Notes: generated from the sequence alone by a model not told the origin. DNA of 64,000 nt from a virus (IMGVR_UViG_3300025608_000006); one strand, 5' to 3'; counted from the stretch's first letter, positions 1-11,341 are shown. Made by a program: numbers and translations.

Positions 1-804
1 CTTGGATTAGAATTTGATTATTTTGAAAATTGGGGCGTCCCGGGTATTGGCAATGTTGCTATTGCTAATAGAGTAGCTGAGTGTTTTGTAAAAAATAATA
101 TTACTAATGAAGATACTGTGATTATACAATGGACAAGCCATATTAGACATGATTATCATTTGTTCAAAGAAGAAACAGATAGAGATGCAGCAAACGGATG
201 GAAAACCAAAGGAAGCATATTTGGTTATACTAATTTAGAACTGTATGATAAAAAATGGTTAGACACTTTTTTCGATGAAAATTCGTATATAATGCTGTCT
301 TTAAATGCAATTTATTCTACACTAGAGCTTGTTAAATCTAAAAAATGCAATTGGAAAATGACTAGTATAGGAGAGTTTGAAAAGCTAGGAACGGATTTTA
401 CAATAAATCCTGGAGGATACGGAGAAATTAATTCTTTAACATCTGATAGCTTGTGGGATCACGAGTTATTTCTTCCTTATAAGAAAGTATGGAATGAGCC
501 AAACTGGCTTGAGCCTATAGGATGTTACACCTGGAAAAATAAAGAAGAGTTATATACATGGGATGTTGGTGAAAGTAAAAAAACTTGGACGGATCCACAT
601 CCGTCACCTAACTTGGGCATTGATTGGTTATATAATGTAGTTAAGCCGAGTTTAAATATGCCGAATAATAAATTAACATTAAAACAAATAGAATGGCTTG
701 AAATATGCCGAGAAGCTCGAACGAATATTCCAGATTTACAAATGTTTGGTGACGTGTTAGAGTTTGAATTAGATGCTTACGATAAAAGATATAGAGGATA
801 TTAA
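1..804 (+). CDS. SGNH/GDSL-like phage protein (5' truncated by window edge)
   Basis: Frame is open from base 1 (LGLEFDYFENWGVPGIGNVAIANR...DTVIIQWTSHIRHD). The N-x-G-x-PG-x-GN and D-x-VIIQWT-x-x-x-R-x-D pattern resembles phage SGNH-like proteins. Confidence 0.5.
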   Translation, partial: LGLEFDYFENWGVPGIGNVAIANRVAECFVKNNITNEDTVIIQWTSHIRHDYHLFKEETDRDAANGWKTKGSIFGYTNLELYDKKWLDTFFDENSYIMLSLNAIYSTLELVKSKKCNWKMTSIGEFEKLGTDFTINPGGYGEINSLTSDSLWDHELFLPYKKVWNEPNWLEPIGCYTWKNKEELYTWDVGESKKTWTDPHPSPNLGIDWLYNVVKPSLNMPNNKLTLKQIEWLEICREARTNIPDLQMFGDVLEFELDAYDKRYRGY

Positions 805-805
805 A

Positions 806-2605
806 ATGAAAAAACATACGTGGATTGCTGGTATTGCTAGAGGACACAATGCAGGAGTATGTCTTTTAAAAGACGGCGAAATTGTGTTCAGTATTGAGGA
901 AGAAAGACTCACCCGTTCAAAATACGACGGCGGTCCTTTAGCAAGTATGCTTAAAATTAAAGAGTATACAGATAAAATAGATTTTCTTTGTATTTCGCAT
1001 ACAACTCCATTGTCTGCTACTGCTGGAAAACTAGATTACACTGGAGAAGATGTTTACAGTGGACTTGCAAGAAAAGTAGGGTTAATTGATAAATTGGCGC
1101 TTGACGAATACGGACGCCATCCTCAAGTTATTGATATGGCAATGTATCACCACAAGATGCATGCAGGTATGGCTTTTTATCGTAGCGGCTTTGAAGAGGC
1201 AGTTGCAGTTATAGTCGACGGTGCTGGGACATTCTTCCCAATTACAATCGACGGTGATAGTCTTACAGTTTATGAAACTGAAAGTATCTATAAATGCGAA
1301 TACCCAGCAACTATCAAAACTTTACATAAAACTATGGGCGCAAGAGAAATGATAGTAAATGCTTATGTTGAAGACTTTGATGCTGGAGAATGGGAACCCG
1401 GCGCGAAATTTGATTTGAGTATTTCAGATAAAGCAGGAATTGTTAAGTCCTATGAAGCAGTAACAGAGTACTGCGGCTGGAGTAGTATCGAAGCCGGCAA
1501 AACAATGGGACTATTTCCGTACGGTAAAGAAAATGATCAAATACCAAACATCGTTGATAAAAATGATTATCCATTTCCTACGATAAACAGGAATTCAATA
1601 TTGCCGAGATATCCAAACGGAGCAGTTGTAAATACTTCACCTTATGAATATTTAAGAGATAATACAGATGGCGATATTACATTATTACAAAATAGAAGAG
1701 ACATGGCATATGCTGTGCAAACCGAAACACAAAAAGCAGTTGCGGATTTAATTAGACATGCTGTAAATATTAGTGGATCTAAAAATGTAGTTATCAGTGG
1801 CGGATATGGATTAAATTGTGTTGCTAACTATTATTATTTAAAAGAACTCCAAAACGAAGGAATCAATATTTACGTAGAGCCTATATCAAACGACGCGGGT
1901 ACTGCAATGGGCGCCGCACTAATATGGCATCATCAACATACACAGAGTATCGAAGTTAAGCCACAAGCTGATAATGTATACTTAGGACCAGAGTATAACT
2001 ATTCAGAAGACGATATTACTGAAGTTGTTGAAAAATACAATGTTGAAATTTCAGAAGCAACAGAACAAGATGCAGTTGATTTAATTGTAGATAGGAACAT
2101 TGTAACACTATTTCAAGGCAGATCCGAAAATGGACCTAGAGCTTTAGGAAATAGAAGTATTATGTATGATCCAACAGATGATAATGCAAAAGATTTTGTT
2201 AACAGTGTCAAGCATCGAGAATACTTCCGTCCATTTGCAGGAAGTATTCTAGAAGAAGATGTACACGAATGGTTTGATTTAAGAGGAATGAAAAATTCTC
2301 CTACAATGATGTATGCTGTAAATTGTATGCCCGGCATTGAAGAAAAAATACCAGGAATTATACATGTAGATGGAACATGTCGTATTCAAACAGTAACAAA
2401 GGAACAAAATCCAAATTACTACAGTATTATTAAAGCATTTAAAGAAAAGACAGGATGTCCAATAATTTTCAATACTAGTTTTAATCTAGGCGGGGAGCCA
2501 TTAGTAGAAACATTGGACGATGCTGTACGTACACTTGTTGAAAGTGAAATTGAATACTTATACTTGCCGGAATACAATAAGTTAATAACTGTCAAAAACC
2601 GATAA
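806..2605 (+). CDS. Carbamoyltransferase, CmcH/NodU family, full length
   Basis: Motifs GHNAGVCLL, EEERLTRSK, HHKMHA, VDGAG, SGGYGLNCVAN, NDAGTAMGAA, GPRALGNRSI, REYFRPFAGS, HVDGTCRIQTV, NTSFNLGGEP. ATG at 806 follows AGAGGA (ORF track starts earlier, at 773). Confidence 0.9.
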   Translation: MKKHTWIAGIARGHNAGVCLLKDGEIVFSIEEERLTRSKYDGGPLASMLKIKEYTDKIDFLCISHTTPLSATAGKLDYTGEDVYSGLARKVGLIDKLALDEYGRHPQVIDMAMYHHKMHAGMAFYRSGFEEAVAVIVDGAGTFFPITIDGDSLTVYETESIYKCEYPATIKTLHKTMGAREMIVNAYVEDFDAGEWEPGAKFDLSISDKAGIVKSYEAVTEYCGWSSIEAGKTMGLFPYGKENDQIPNIVDKNDYPFPTINRNSILPRYPNGAVVNTSPYEYLRDNTDGDITLLQNRRDMAYAVQTETQKAVADLIRHAVNISGSKNVVISGGYGLNCVANYYYLKELQNEGINIYVEPISNDAGTAMGAALIWHHQHTQSIEVKPQADNVYLGPEYNYSEDDITEVVEKYNVEISEATEQDAVDLIVDRNIVTLFQGRSENGPRALGNRSIMYDPTDDNAKDFVNSVKHREYFRPFAGSILEEDVHEWFDLRGMKNSPTMMYAVNCMPGIEEKIPGIIHVDGTCRIQTVTKEQNPNYYSIIKAFKEKTGCPIIFNTSFNLGGEPLVETLDDAVRTLVESEIEYLYLPEYNKLITVKNR

Positions 2606-2627
2606 ATACTAAAAATAGGGGCAGTTA

Positions 2628-3065
2628 ATGCAAAATTTAAAAAAGTTTTTGACAAATGGTTTGAAGAACACAATTTTATTTAAGAATAATCTAGGGACTA
2701 GTCACAATGGTCCTTGGAAACAAGTACATACAGATACTTTACTAGACAGATGGCACGTAGGAGAATTTTCTAGTGTAGAGTATACTATAAGTGCTGATTA
2801 TGATGTTGAAAATAAAGAAGTTATAAAAGTTTTAGTTACTGCGTCAAAAGACCGTGCAAGTATAGTAGTATTTGCAAGAAATCATACACTTGATGATATT
2901 CTTACAATAAGTGCTACTGTAAATAATAGTTATGTAGATGTTATTTTAAATCCTGTAATTGTTGCAGAAGATCTAGAAAACGCTATCACTGCAAAAGACT
3001 TTACAGGAACAAAGGTCATTTATACTGCACAATATTTTCACACACAAACTCCGTTAGTAGTCTGA
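2628..3065 (+). CDS. Hypothetical virion structural protein
   Basis: 145-aa ORF directly after late-type TAAATA (2603-2608); beta-rich; next to tail genes. Confidence 0.55.
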   Translation: MQNLKKFLTNGLKNTILFKNNLGTSHNGPWKQVHTDTLLDRWHVGEFSSVEYTISADYDVENKEVIKVLVTASKDRASIVVFARNHTLDDILTISATVNNSYVDVILNPVIVAEDLENAITAKDFTGTKVIYTAQYFHTQTPLVV

Positions 3066-3101
3066 ACTGTAGTCAGATAAATAACATATAGGAGAATGTA
3101 A

Positions 3102-3989
3102 ATGCCGATAGTAAACTCGCCATTTGAATCGCAGTATGGTTTTAAAGGACCGGGATTTTCTGTCGATTCTGAAGGTAACATTATTGCTGCATCTATTACT
3201 ACAGTAGATGAAGCTGATACAGATGAAGTTTTATTTGTAAATTTTACTGTTACTGATGCAGACAACGACTTTTTTATTGCAGAATTAGGTGAAGCACCAA
3301 ATCCTACTATTACAGTTTCTAGACAAGAAACATACAGTTTCAGTCTTGACATACCAGATTTAAAAATTCAAATTCTTACAGGCAATGAGCTTGAATCACT
3401 ACAGTACAACAGTGGCATAAGTCACTCTGACGGATCTCAAGGGGCTGATGCACAACTTAAAGTAGACGGTGTACTAAGATGGAGTGTTCCATTAAATGCT
3501 CCGGATACATTATATTATTCAGATGAACTTAGAAATAACATTGGAGTAATCAATGTTGTTGATCCTACTGGACTGTTTAGTACAATAGATGTTAACTCTA
3601 CAACTAACTCAACTAGTGCAACAACTGGTGCAATTACTGTAGCTGGCGGCGTTGGAATTGAAAAAGATTTACATGTAGCCGGCGAACTGAATTTATCCGG
3701 AGTAGGAATACCAAAACTAAGTTCATTAACCAATTTAGAACTAAATGCAGAAAACAAGATAATTCTTCAAGTTGCTGATATAAAACTTGGCGAATTAAAT
3801 TCTTCTGGATTAAGTATTACAATAAATAACAGCACTATAGACAATACGGCAATTGGAGGAACTGCTCCAGCAGCAGCAGCATTTACATCAGCAACAGTAA
3901 CACAGACACCTGTGACTAATACTAGTGTAACTAATCGGCAGTATGTGGATAGTACGGCACTATCATTAGCAATAGCATTTGGATTATAA
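3102..3989 (+). CDS. Tail-fibre/baseplate-associated structural protein with degenerate cupredoxin-like domain
   Basis: Late promoter at 3078 and AGGAG RBS. Contains GAITVAGGVGIEKDL and VTNRQYVD fibre-type motifs and a PTITVSRQETYSF...WSVPLNAPDTLYY segment. Confidence 0.6.
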   Translation: MPIVNSPFESQYGFKGPGFSVDSEGNIIAASITTVDEADTDEVLFVNFTVTDADNDFFIAELGEAPNPTITVSRQETYSFSLDIPDLKIQILTGNELESLQYNSGISHSDGSQGADAQLKVDGVLRWSVPLNAPDTLYYSDELRNNIGVINVVDPTGLFSTIDVNSTTNSTSATTGAITVAGGVGIEKDLHVAGELNLSGVGIPKLSSLTNLELNAENKIILQVADIKLGELNSSGLSITINNSTIDNTAIGGTAPAAAAFTSATVTQTPVTNTSVTNRQYVDSTALSLAIAFGL

Positions 3990-3992
3990 AAC

Positions 3993-6900
3993 ATGGCAAA
4001 GACGCAAATAAAAAATTATGTATTTAAACCGGGAATTGGAGCGAATGATTACCGATATCCAAACGCTTACAGTTTAATAAACTCTAACAAAGAGTTTATA
4101 CAAAAAGAATCTACAGCATGGATACAATCTCAAGTTGATGCCGACGCAGCAGGATTTGTAGGGTATACATACAATCAAGAAAAATGCGAAAGAGATGTAG
4201 GTTATATAATTGATGCATACTTAAACGATTTGAGATATGGCGGCAATGAAAAACTTTATAATACAGTAAAATACTATTGGGATCAAGGTGTAGCACAGGT
4301 TGACGGCGATCGTGAACCAGAAATACAAACACACACATGGATCGGTAATTTAATTCAAGACAATATTCTTGCACAAGTTGCATATTCTGCTTTAAATACC
4401 AAAGTGTCTCAAACGCTTACTGGCACAGCTAGTGAATCAACATCAACATTTACTCCAACAGGTGCAACATATACACCAACTACAGGAGTTATGAATGTAA
4501 CAATTGGCACACACACGTTGTCAGTAGGAGACGAAATTTTTATTGCTCCAGGCGGAATATCATTTACATGTACTTTAGATGGCGATGCTACTGAACACCC
4601 ATATCCAAGAGCTTCAGGAGTGCCCAACGATACTGGAAAAGATCCGTTTTATTATGCACCGCTTATTATTACTGATACTACTTCAACAACAATTACAGTT
4701 AATGTAGGAATTAGCTCAGATACCAGTACGCATACATTCTCGAGTGCCTTGGCGGATTCAGTTACGTCGGGCCCTGCTACTAAAATTAATACACTAGCAT
4801 TTAATACAGTGGATGTTATTACAAATGGTTTAGGAGCACAGCCGACACTTGTTCCTGTCGGCGTTGGAACCATTAAAATACAAGGACGCTATAGTATTGA
4901 TGAATTGCTATTAATATCAAATTCTACACGAAGTGAAGTTTTATATAACTTTACCAATGTTAATACAGGCGCATTAATTGAAATTAAGGATACAATTGAT
5001 GAAGATTTCTTAAAGTTTAAAGAAACCACCGACGGCGTCTCGACTATTAAATTAAATTACGATACTAGTGATCACTTGTCAACTGATGACATACAAATAT
5101 TTGTGGAAGAAAAAGAAGTTAGAACTAGACCATTTGATTTTGGTACAGATGCTATTGAACGTCCACGTGCTGCTATGCCTGTATCCATGCTCGATGCTGA
5201 CTTTGAGTACGGATTACAGCCTACAAAATGGAGTGCTATAGGCACAATGCGCGGATATCCTAGTGTGTATGAAATACCAGGAACCGATACTGATGTAGTC
5301 AGAGTTGTTACAGATTCAAGTTTAAGTGAACCTGTTAGAATATTTACTGCAGATGTTACAAACTCTGGAACTAATGATTGGGTATGGAGTAATGCTCAAG
5401 ACAGAAATGGCAACGTTACCGGTAATGATCCAAGTATTACGTTGATCGAAGGTGATACTTTAATTGTTACAAACAATGCTAACAGTAGTCATCCGTTTTA
5501 TTTTAAAACAATACAAGGCACAGGCACAGCAAATCCAGTTAGCAATGTTACTAACAATGGCGGCAATACCGGAGAAGAAATAATATGGGTTACTCAGCCT
5601 GGCGATGCTGGCACCTATTTTTACCAATGTAGTTCTCATGCAAATATGGTAGGCACAATTACAGTACTAGCAAACGATCAAGGGTCTGGTGTTGGTCAGT
5701 CATTAATTACTGTAAGTACTGTAGCCGCACACGGCTTTGAAGCAGGCACTCCTATAAGTATTAAAGCATTAGAAAATAGTATTGCAGGCGCCTCTAGAGC
5801 AGAAGGCACGTTTATTATTGTCAACGTTCCTAGTAACACTACATTCCAGTATTTTGCAAAAGCAAAAGTTGGATCAACAGTAGGAGAAGTTTTATCTACT
5901 GGTTATACACAATTAAGAGAAGCTGGATTTTATACAGGTGCATCTATCGGACAACCAGAATTTACCATAGCAAGTAATGGTAGTTCTGGAACAATGTTTG
6001 CACAGTTAGGCGTATTATCCGGCGAAGTAGTGATACCATTTGACGGCTCAGCGCCAGAACTTGGCTCGCCTCTAAGTCAATCAAGTATACCAGTTGGCTC
6101 TCAAGTAACAAGTATTATCGATCAAAGTGAAGGCGGCGGCACATTTGTAACACCATTATCTAATAGTAATATTCCAGCTGGTCAAAATCAAATCACAGTG
6201 CAAGATATTACAGGTGTTGTAGAAAATTTAGCAGTCGATCGTGGAGATGGAAATGCAATATATATTACATCTGTTGATGGAAATACAATTACGTTTAATG
6301 GCAATTTTACACGCGAAATTATAGGCAATAGAAACGAATATATTGGAGTTGAGCCGGACAATGATACTGGAATTGGTTCAGGTGCTAAGTTTGATATATC
6401 ATATTCAGGAGATTCTAGTTTAACCTACGTGATTGATGCAATCGAAAATGATGGCATTAATTACAAAGTAGGAGACAGAATAACAATTTTAGGTACTCAG
6501 TTAGGCGGCGCGACTCCTGCTAATGATGCAGTTATTGTTGTAGATGAAGTAGGCAGTGCAAATTCAATTGCCGTGGCATCTATCAATGGTTTGCATTTCG
6601 ATAACGATCTTCTTTTAGAAGGGCAAACTGCAACATTCACAGGCGGCAACGGCGCAGGTGCTGGTTTTGATATTTCATTCCAAGATGGAATTTTTAGTTC
6701 AGTTGATGTTACCGCAGCACAAACTGGTGCAGATTATGCCATCGGCGATGTTCTAACTGCGGCGGCAGACGTATTGGTGCCAGGTTATAGCGGACCAGAA
6801 CGTATCTTGTATATATCTGTAGACGAAGTTGAAACGACTGGTGGACAGGCAACTAGTGTACAATTACAAGATGGAGGTACTGGTTATACTAGTGGCACTA

Positions 6901-9900
6901 CTGTTGCAACAACAGGCGGCTCTGGCACCGGACTAACATTGACGATTACTGAAGGCGGCGACGGAATTATTACAGATGTTACAATCGTAGACGCAGGATC
7001 AGGGTATGCTGAATTTGATGTAGTAACACTATCAACTGGCAACGGCGATGCAACTGTAAGAATTGGTAGTGTAAAATCTATAGGAGCAATTAACACAGTT
7101 ACATTTGCTGGTTCAGCTCCACAAGTAGATAAAACATTTACAGGGGTTGCATATACTACAACATCAGCTAGTGGTTCTGCCGCAGTTATTGATGTTCAAG
7201 TTACAGGCGATTCGTATACAGTAATATTTACAAATAATGGAATAAATTTTGTTCCTACTGAGACCATCACTGTTGCAGGCGATCAGTTAGGCGGCGCCAC
7301 ACCAGCTAACGATTTAACAATTACAATTGATAATGTTGACGCCAACGGCACCATTACATCGTTTACTGCTGTTGGTGTGACATTTAATGGAGACACTTTA
7401 TCAGGAATACCTGGTATAAATAGAGTTCCGATAGATGCTACATTTGATGTTACTCAAAACCCCGAGGGTGTATTTAACGCTACATTAGTAGCACCTGGAG
7501 AAGGGTACAACGTTGGACAAATACATACTATTTCCGGAACTGTTTTCGGAGGCACGACACCTGAAAACGACTTATCGATTACTATAACATCAATTACTGA
7601 CTTGGAAGGAGGCGAAATACAAACAATTACAGCATCAGGCACAGGATACATTCCTATTGGTGTATATATTGATGTTGTCGGAACTAACAATCCTTCTTTA
7701 GGTACAGGTGCAGAATTTACTATAATTAGAAATTCAGGAAATTATTCAAGTATTTCTATTACTAATCCTGGTTCAGGATATGAACCAGGAAACAGACTAG
7801 AAGTTGAAGCTTCGGTAGTTGACGGAGTATCTCCACTAAATGATATTCTTATAAATGTTACAACTGTTGATGAAACTGGCGGCATTTCGGCATTTACTAC
7901 ATCATCAGTAGAAGCAGCACCTGGAGAAAATATAGATTTAATATCAACAGTAACGATGTCGGAAGCAACAACGGCGCCAATCGTATCAGGGGCTCCGATT
8001 ACGTTTAGTGCTGTCGCTACAATTGAGGCAGAATTTGAAACAGCACACGGATTAGTTCCGGGTGATACATTTATTACCAGTATTGATTCTGACGATGGAT
8101 CAAACAATCACGAATTAGCAGCAGGATCTTATATTGCTACTGAGATACCGTCTACATTAACGTTACGATTCCAAGCAAGAACAGTGGGATCGATTGATAT
8201 TGATAATAATAATGATCCGATACTCGGATCAGTATACCCAAGACCTGATAGCTTCTTTATACACAGACCGTTTGACGGCGGCGTACAACTAGGAACAGGC
8301 GGTCCGCAACACGGTGCGCAAGCAATTCGTCAAAGTAAAAAGTACATTCGTTATCAGTCAGGTAAAGGCATTATGTACACAACTGGTGCGCTATTTGCTC
8401 CAAGTTATGATATACGTAGTGTTACAGCTGACGGCGTAGAAGTTGGATCAGAAATTACAATTACAACAGACGACAACGATCACGGTGTACAAGTTGGCGG
8501 AATAATTAGATTATTGGGTGTAGACACTCCTGGCTATAACAGTGGACCACAAACTGCTGTCCCGCCACAATTTGATTACGAAGTTGTTGAAGTAGTAAAC
8601 GAGCGTACATTTAAAGTTTTATCTCAACGCAGACTTGGCGCAACAACAGCGGTATTGGGCTTTGCAGCACAAATGAGTGTTGTTAGATGGCACGGCGCCA
8701 CTGTACGTTCAGGTATCTTTGATGATCAAAATGGAATTTTCTGGGAATACGATGGCACACAGATCAACGTGGTACAACGTACTGGTACATATCAAGTAGC
8801 AGGCACTATTGCAATCGATGTTGACAAAAATGCTGTAACTGGAACTGATACTAGATTTAGAGATCAACTTAAAGCTGGCGATAGGATTATTATTAGAGGT
8901 ATGACACATGTTGTGTCTCATGTTATTGATCAAACTAATATGACAGTAACGCCTGACTTTAGAGGTGTATCTAATGTTACTGGTGCCAAAGCAATGCTAG
9001 TGTTTGACAAGCGTACCAAGCAAGCAGACTTTAACTTAGATAGATTAGACGGAACAGGACCTAGCGGATACGATATTGACATTGCTAAGATGCAGATGAT
9101 CGGAATTCAATACAGTTGGTACGGTGCTGGTTTCATTGACTTTATGCTACGTGGTGCAGACGGTAACTTTGTATTTGCACACAGAATGCGTAACTCAAAC
9201 GTGAACACAGAAGCGTTTATGAGATCAGGTAACTTGCCTGTTCGTTACGAAGTTACTAATGAAGGTCCTAATGCAAAACTAGCTGCTGACATGAACAGCA
9301 CTCAAGTTACTGTGCCTTTGGATAGCGAAAACGGCAAGTTTTTCCCGACATCTGGTACTGTTTATATAGACAATGAAATTATTAATTTTACAGGAAGAAC
9401 AGGCAATACTTTAACAGGATGCACAAGATCTGCTGTATTTACAAATTTCCAAGGCGGATCTGTAAGAAGTTATACAGCAGGAGATGCTTCTGCGCATAGT
9501 AGCAGTACTGGAGTGGTACTAATATCTCAAACTACTACGCCATTAATTAGTCACTGGGGTAGTGCGTTTATTACAGACGGCGGATTTGACGAAGATCGAG
9601 GATACATTTTCTCATATGCTGAAACTGGTGTTACTATTAGTACTACTAAACAGACTGCATTTATGATTAGACTATCACCTAGTGTGTCAAATGCTATTGT
9701 AGGCGACTTAGGCGAAAGAGAACTACTAAACCGTGCGCAGCTTCTACTACAGGGACTTGAAATTACATCAGCTTCTGGCGCAGCAGGCGAAGGCGGCATC
9801 ATTGTTGAAGGTGTGTTGAATCCGCAAAACTTCCCAATTGATCCAGGAAGTGTAAGTTGGCAAGGACTAAGCGGTGTTGCTCAAGGTGGACAGCCCAGTT

Positions 9901-10721
9901 TTGCTCAGATTGCTCCGGGCGGTGGTACACAGTGGAGTACAGGTGATGCTGCTACTACAGCTACTGCAACTGCACAAGCAAATATCGAAACTACAGCTGA
10001 TGTACGTTATAATAGATCAAATACTAGCTATGTAGATGTTCGACAAGCTTCCTTTGAAAGCACAGGTGCTCAGGTTGGAGACTTTGTATCGGGAACGTCG
10101 GGATCTGCTAATTCAAGTTTCTCAACTCCCAGGCAAATAACTTTCATAAATGGACCGTGGGGAAGAGGCGATCAAAATAGTAGATATTATAGACTGTATT
10201 TTAACAGTAGGTATTCAGGCACAGTAAGCGGAACAGTTACTCTACAGCGCCAAACGTCACTGACCAACTCAAGTTTTGCATATTTAGATGTTAACACTTT
10301 CTTAGCATCAAATGCAATTCCCGGCACCGCAGTTACACAAACAGGCGGGTCCGTAACATTCCCAGCTAGTACACTAATTTCTTCTATTGCACTGGAAGAA
10401 TTTGGGAATACGGAATATTATAAAGTTTCGTTCAATCAGACGTTTAGTGGAACATTAGTACAAAATACAGGCACTGTTCAATTTGAATTTGTTCAACCAC
10501 CATTTGCCCAACCGGGAGAAACAGTATTCTCGTTTATTGCGACTCCAGGTGAACGTTCTACACTAGATCTATCGGCATTGAAAGAACTTACAAACACTCC
10601 GTTGGGAGGCAGAGGGACGTTCCCCAATGGCCCTGATGTATTAGCTATTAATGTTTATAAGATTAGTGGCGCTGATATCGACGGTAACTTGATTCTAAAA
10701 TGGGGCGAAGCGCAGGCTTAA
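3993..10721 (+). CDS. Giant tail fibre / baseplate wedge-like virion protein (2242 aa)
   Basis: Gly/Thr-rich with repeated G-x-Y-x-x-GD-x-ITI-x-G-x-x-LGGATPAND units, a cupredoxin-like insert (HPFYF...YQCSSHANM) and a phage structural C-terminus (LKWGEAQA). Confidence 0.75.
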   Translation: MAKTQIKNYVFKPGIGANDYRYPNAYSLINSNKEFIQKESTAWIQSQVDADAAGFVGYTYNQEKCERDVGYIIDAYLNDLRYGGNEKLYNTVKYYWDQGVAQVDGDREPEIQTHTWIGNLIQDNILAQVAYSALNTKVSQTLTGTASESTSTFTPTGATYTPTTGVMNVTIGTHTLSVGDEIFIAPGGISFTCTLDGDATEHPYPRASGVPNDTGKDPFYYAPLIITDTTSTTITVNVGISSDTSTHTFSSALADSVTSGPATKINTLAFNTVDVITNGLGAQPTLVPVGVGTIKIQGRYSIDELLLISNSTRSEVLYNFTNVNTGALIEIKDTIDEDFLKFKETTDGVSTIKLNYDTSDHLSTDDIQIFVEEKEVRTRPFDFGTDAIERPRAAMPVSMLDADFEYGLQPTKWSAIGTMRGYPSVYEIPGTDTDVVRVVTDSSLSEPVRIFTADVTNSGTNDWVWSNAQDRNGNVTGNDPSITLIEGDTLIVTNNANSSHPFYFKTIQGTGTANPVSNVTNNGGNTGEEIIWVTQPGDAGTYFYQCSSHANMVGTITVLANDQGSGVGQSLITVSTVAAHGFEAGTPISIKALENSIAGASRAEGTFIIVNVPSNTTFQYFAKAKVGSTVGEVLSTGYTQLREAGFYTGASIGQPEFTIASNGSSGTMFAQLGVLSGEVVIPFDGSAPELGSPLSQSSIPVGSQVTSIIDQSEGGGTFVTPLSNSNIPAGQNQITVQDITGVVENLAVDRGDGNAIYITSVDGNTITFNGNFTREIIGNRNEYIGVEPDNDTGIGSGAKFDISYSGDSSLTYVIDAIENDGINYKVGDRITILGTQLGGATPANDAVIVVDEVGSANSIAVASINGLHFDNDLLLEGQTATFTGGNGAGAGFDISFQDGIFSSVDVTAAQTGADYAIGDVLTAAADVLVPGYSGPERILYISVDEVETTGGQATSVQLQDGGTGYTSGTTVATTGGSGTGLTLTITEGGDGIITDVTIVDAGSGYAEFDVVTLSTGNGDATVRIGSVKSIGAINTVTFAGSAPQVDKTFTGVAYTTTSASGSAAVIDVQVTGDSYTVIFTNNGINFVPTETITVAGDQLGGATPANDLTITIDNVDANGTITSFTAVGVTFNGDTLSGIPGINRVPIDATFDVTQNPEGVFNATLVAPGEGYNVGQIHTISGTVFGGTTPENDLSITITSITDLEGGEIQTITASGTGYIPIGVYIDVVGTNNPSLGTGAEFTIIRNSGNYSSISITNPGSGYEPGNRLEVEASVVDGVSPLNDILINVTTVDETGGISAFTTSSVEAAPGENIDLISTVTMSEATTAPIVSGAPITFSAVATIEAEFETAHGLVPGDTFITSIDSDDGSNNHELAAGSYIATEIPSTLTLRFQARTVGSIDIDNNNDPILGSVYPRPDSFFIHRPFDGGVQLGTGGPQHGAQAIRQSKKYIRYQSGKGIMYTTGALFAPSYDIRSVTADGVEVGSEITITTDDNDHGVQVGGIIRLLGVDTPGYNSGPQTAVPPQFDYEVVEVVNERTFKVLSQRRLGATTAVLGFAAQMSVVRWHGATVRSGIFDDQNGIFWEYDGTQINVVQRTGTYQVAGTIAIDVDKNAVTGTDTRFRDQLKAGDRIIIRGMTHVVSHVIDQTNMTVTPDFRGVSNVTGAKAMLVFDKRTKQADFNLDRLDGTGPSGYDIDIAKMQMIGIQYSWYGAGFIDFMLRGADGNFVFAHRMRNSNVNTEAFMRSGNLPVRYEVTNEGPNAKLAADMNSTQVTVPLDSENGKFFPTSGTVYIDNEIINFTGRTGNTLTGCTRSAVFTNFQGGSVRSYTAGDASAHSSSTGVVLISQTTTPLISHWGSAFITDGGFDEDRGYIFSYAETGVTISTTKQTAFMIRLSPSVSNAIVGDLGERELLNRAQLLLQGLEITSASGAAGEGGIIVEGVLNPQNFPIDPGSVSWQGLSGVAQGGQPSFAQIAPGGGTQWSTGDAATTATATAQANIETTADVRYNRSNTSYVDVRQASFESTGAQVGDFVSGTSGSANSSFSTPRQITFINGPWGRGDQNSRYYRLYFNSRYSGTVSGTVTLQRQTSLTNSSFAYLDVNTFLASNAIPGTAVTQTGGSVTFPASTLISSIALEEFGNTEYYKVSFNQTFSGTLVQNTGTVQFEFVQPPFAQPGETVFSFIATPGERSTLDLSALKELTNTPLGGRGTFPNGPDVLAINVYKISGADIDGNLILKWGEAQA

Positions 10722-11341
10722 ACTTGCGCTTCCATCCAATCTGCGAAAGATTTAAGATCATCAAATATGATGGTCTTTTTTCTTATGTCGCGGTAGGTAA
10801 ACTTCTTTAATTCTTTTTCAGTTTCAGAGCCGTAACCGGTTCGAACTAATACAGGTTTTGCACCTATTTTGTGGGCAGCTTTGAGATCACTCATTTTATC
10901 ACCCACATAGTATCCGCGATTAAATTTAATTTTTTTATGTTTTTGTTCTTTTTCGCAACGTTTGAACATTCCAGTATTGGGTTTAGCATACATATCAGAT
11001 TTATGACTACTTGCACTATAGTAAATGGCATCGATGCTTGGACAACCAGCTTTACCCAATAATTCTAACATGTACATATGCAATGCTTCGACATCTTCTT
11101 CAGTAAATAATCCTTTTTCGATGCCGCCTTGATTTGTTATGATAGCAATTCCGTGGCCTAACTTGCGCAATCGTGCAATTGCTTCTAGACTGCCTTCAAT
11201 AGGATCAAAGTCAGATCCCTTCCAAGTATATGTGCCGCGATCAACATTTATTACGCCATCTCTATCTAATCCAATTACACACTTGGGTGCAACATAATCA
11301 GGCGAAGATAATTGGTCGTCTCCCCAGTAAATATCAATCAT
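10718..11341 (-). CDS. gmhB: D,D-heptose 1,7-bisphosphate phosphatase (HAD)
   Basis: LDRDGVIN, ITNQGGI, KPNTGM, YVGDKMSD motifs; lies in the heptose operon. Confidence 0.85.
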   Translation of the reverse strand: MIDIYWGDDQLSSPDYVAPKCVIGLDRDGVINVDRGTYTWKGSDFDPIEGSLEAIARLRKLGHGIAIITNQGGIEKGLFTEEDVEALHMYMLELLGKAGCPSIDAIYYSASSHKSDMYAKPNTGMFKRCEKEQKHKKIKFNRGYYVGDKMSDLKAAHKIGAKPVLVRTGYGSETEKELKKFTYRDIRKKTIIFDDLKSFADWMEAQV

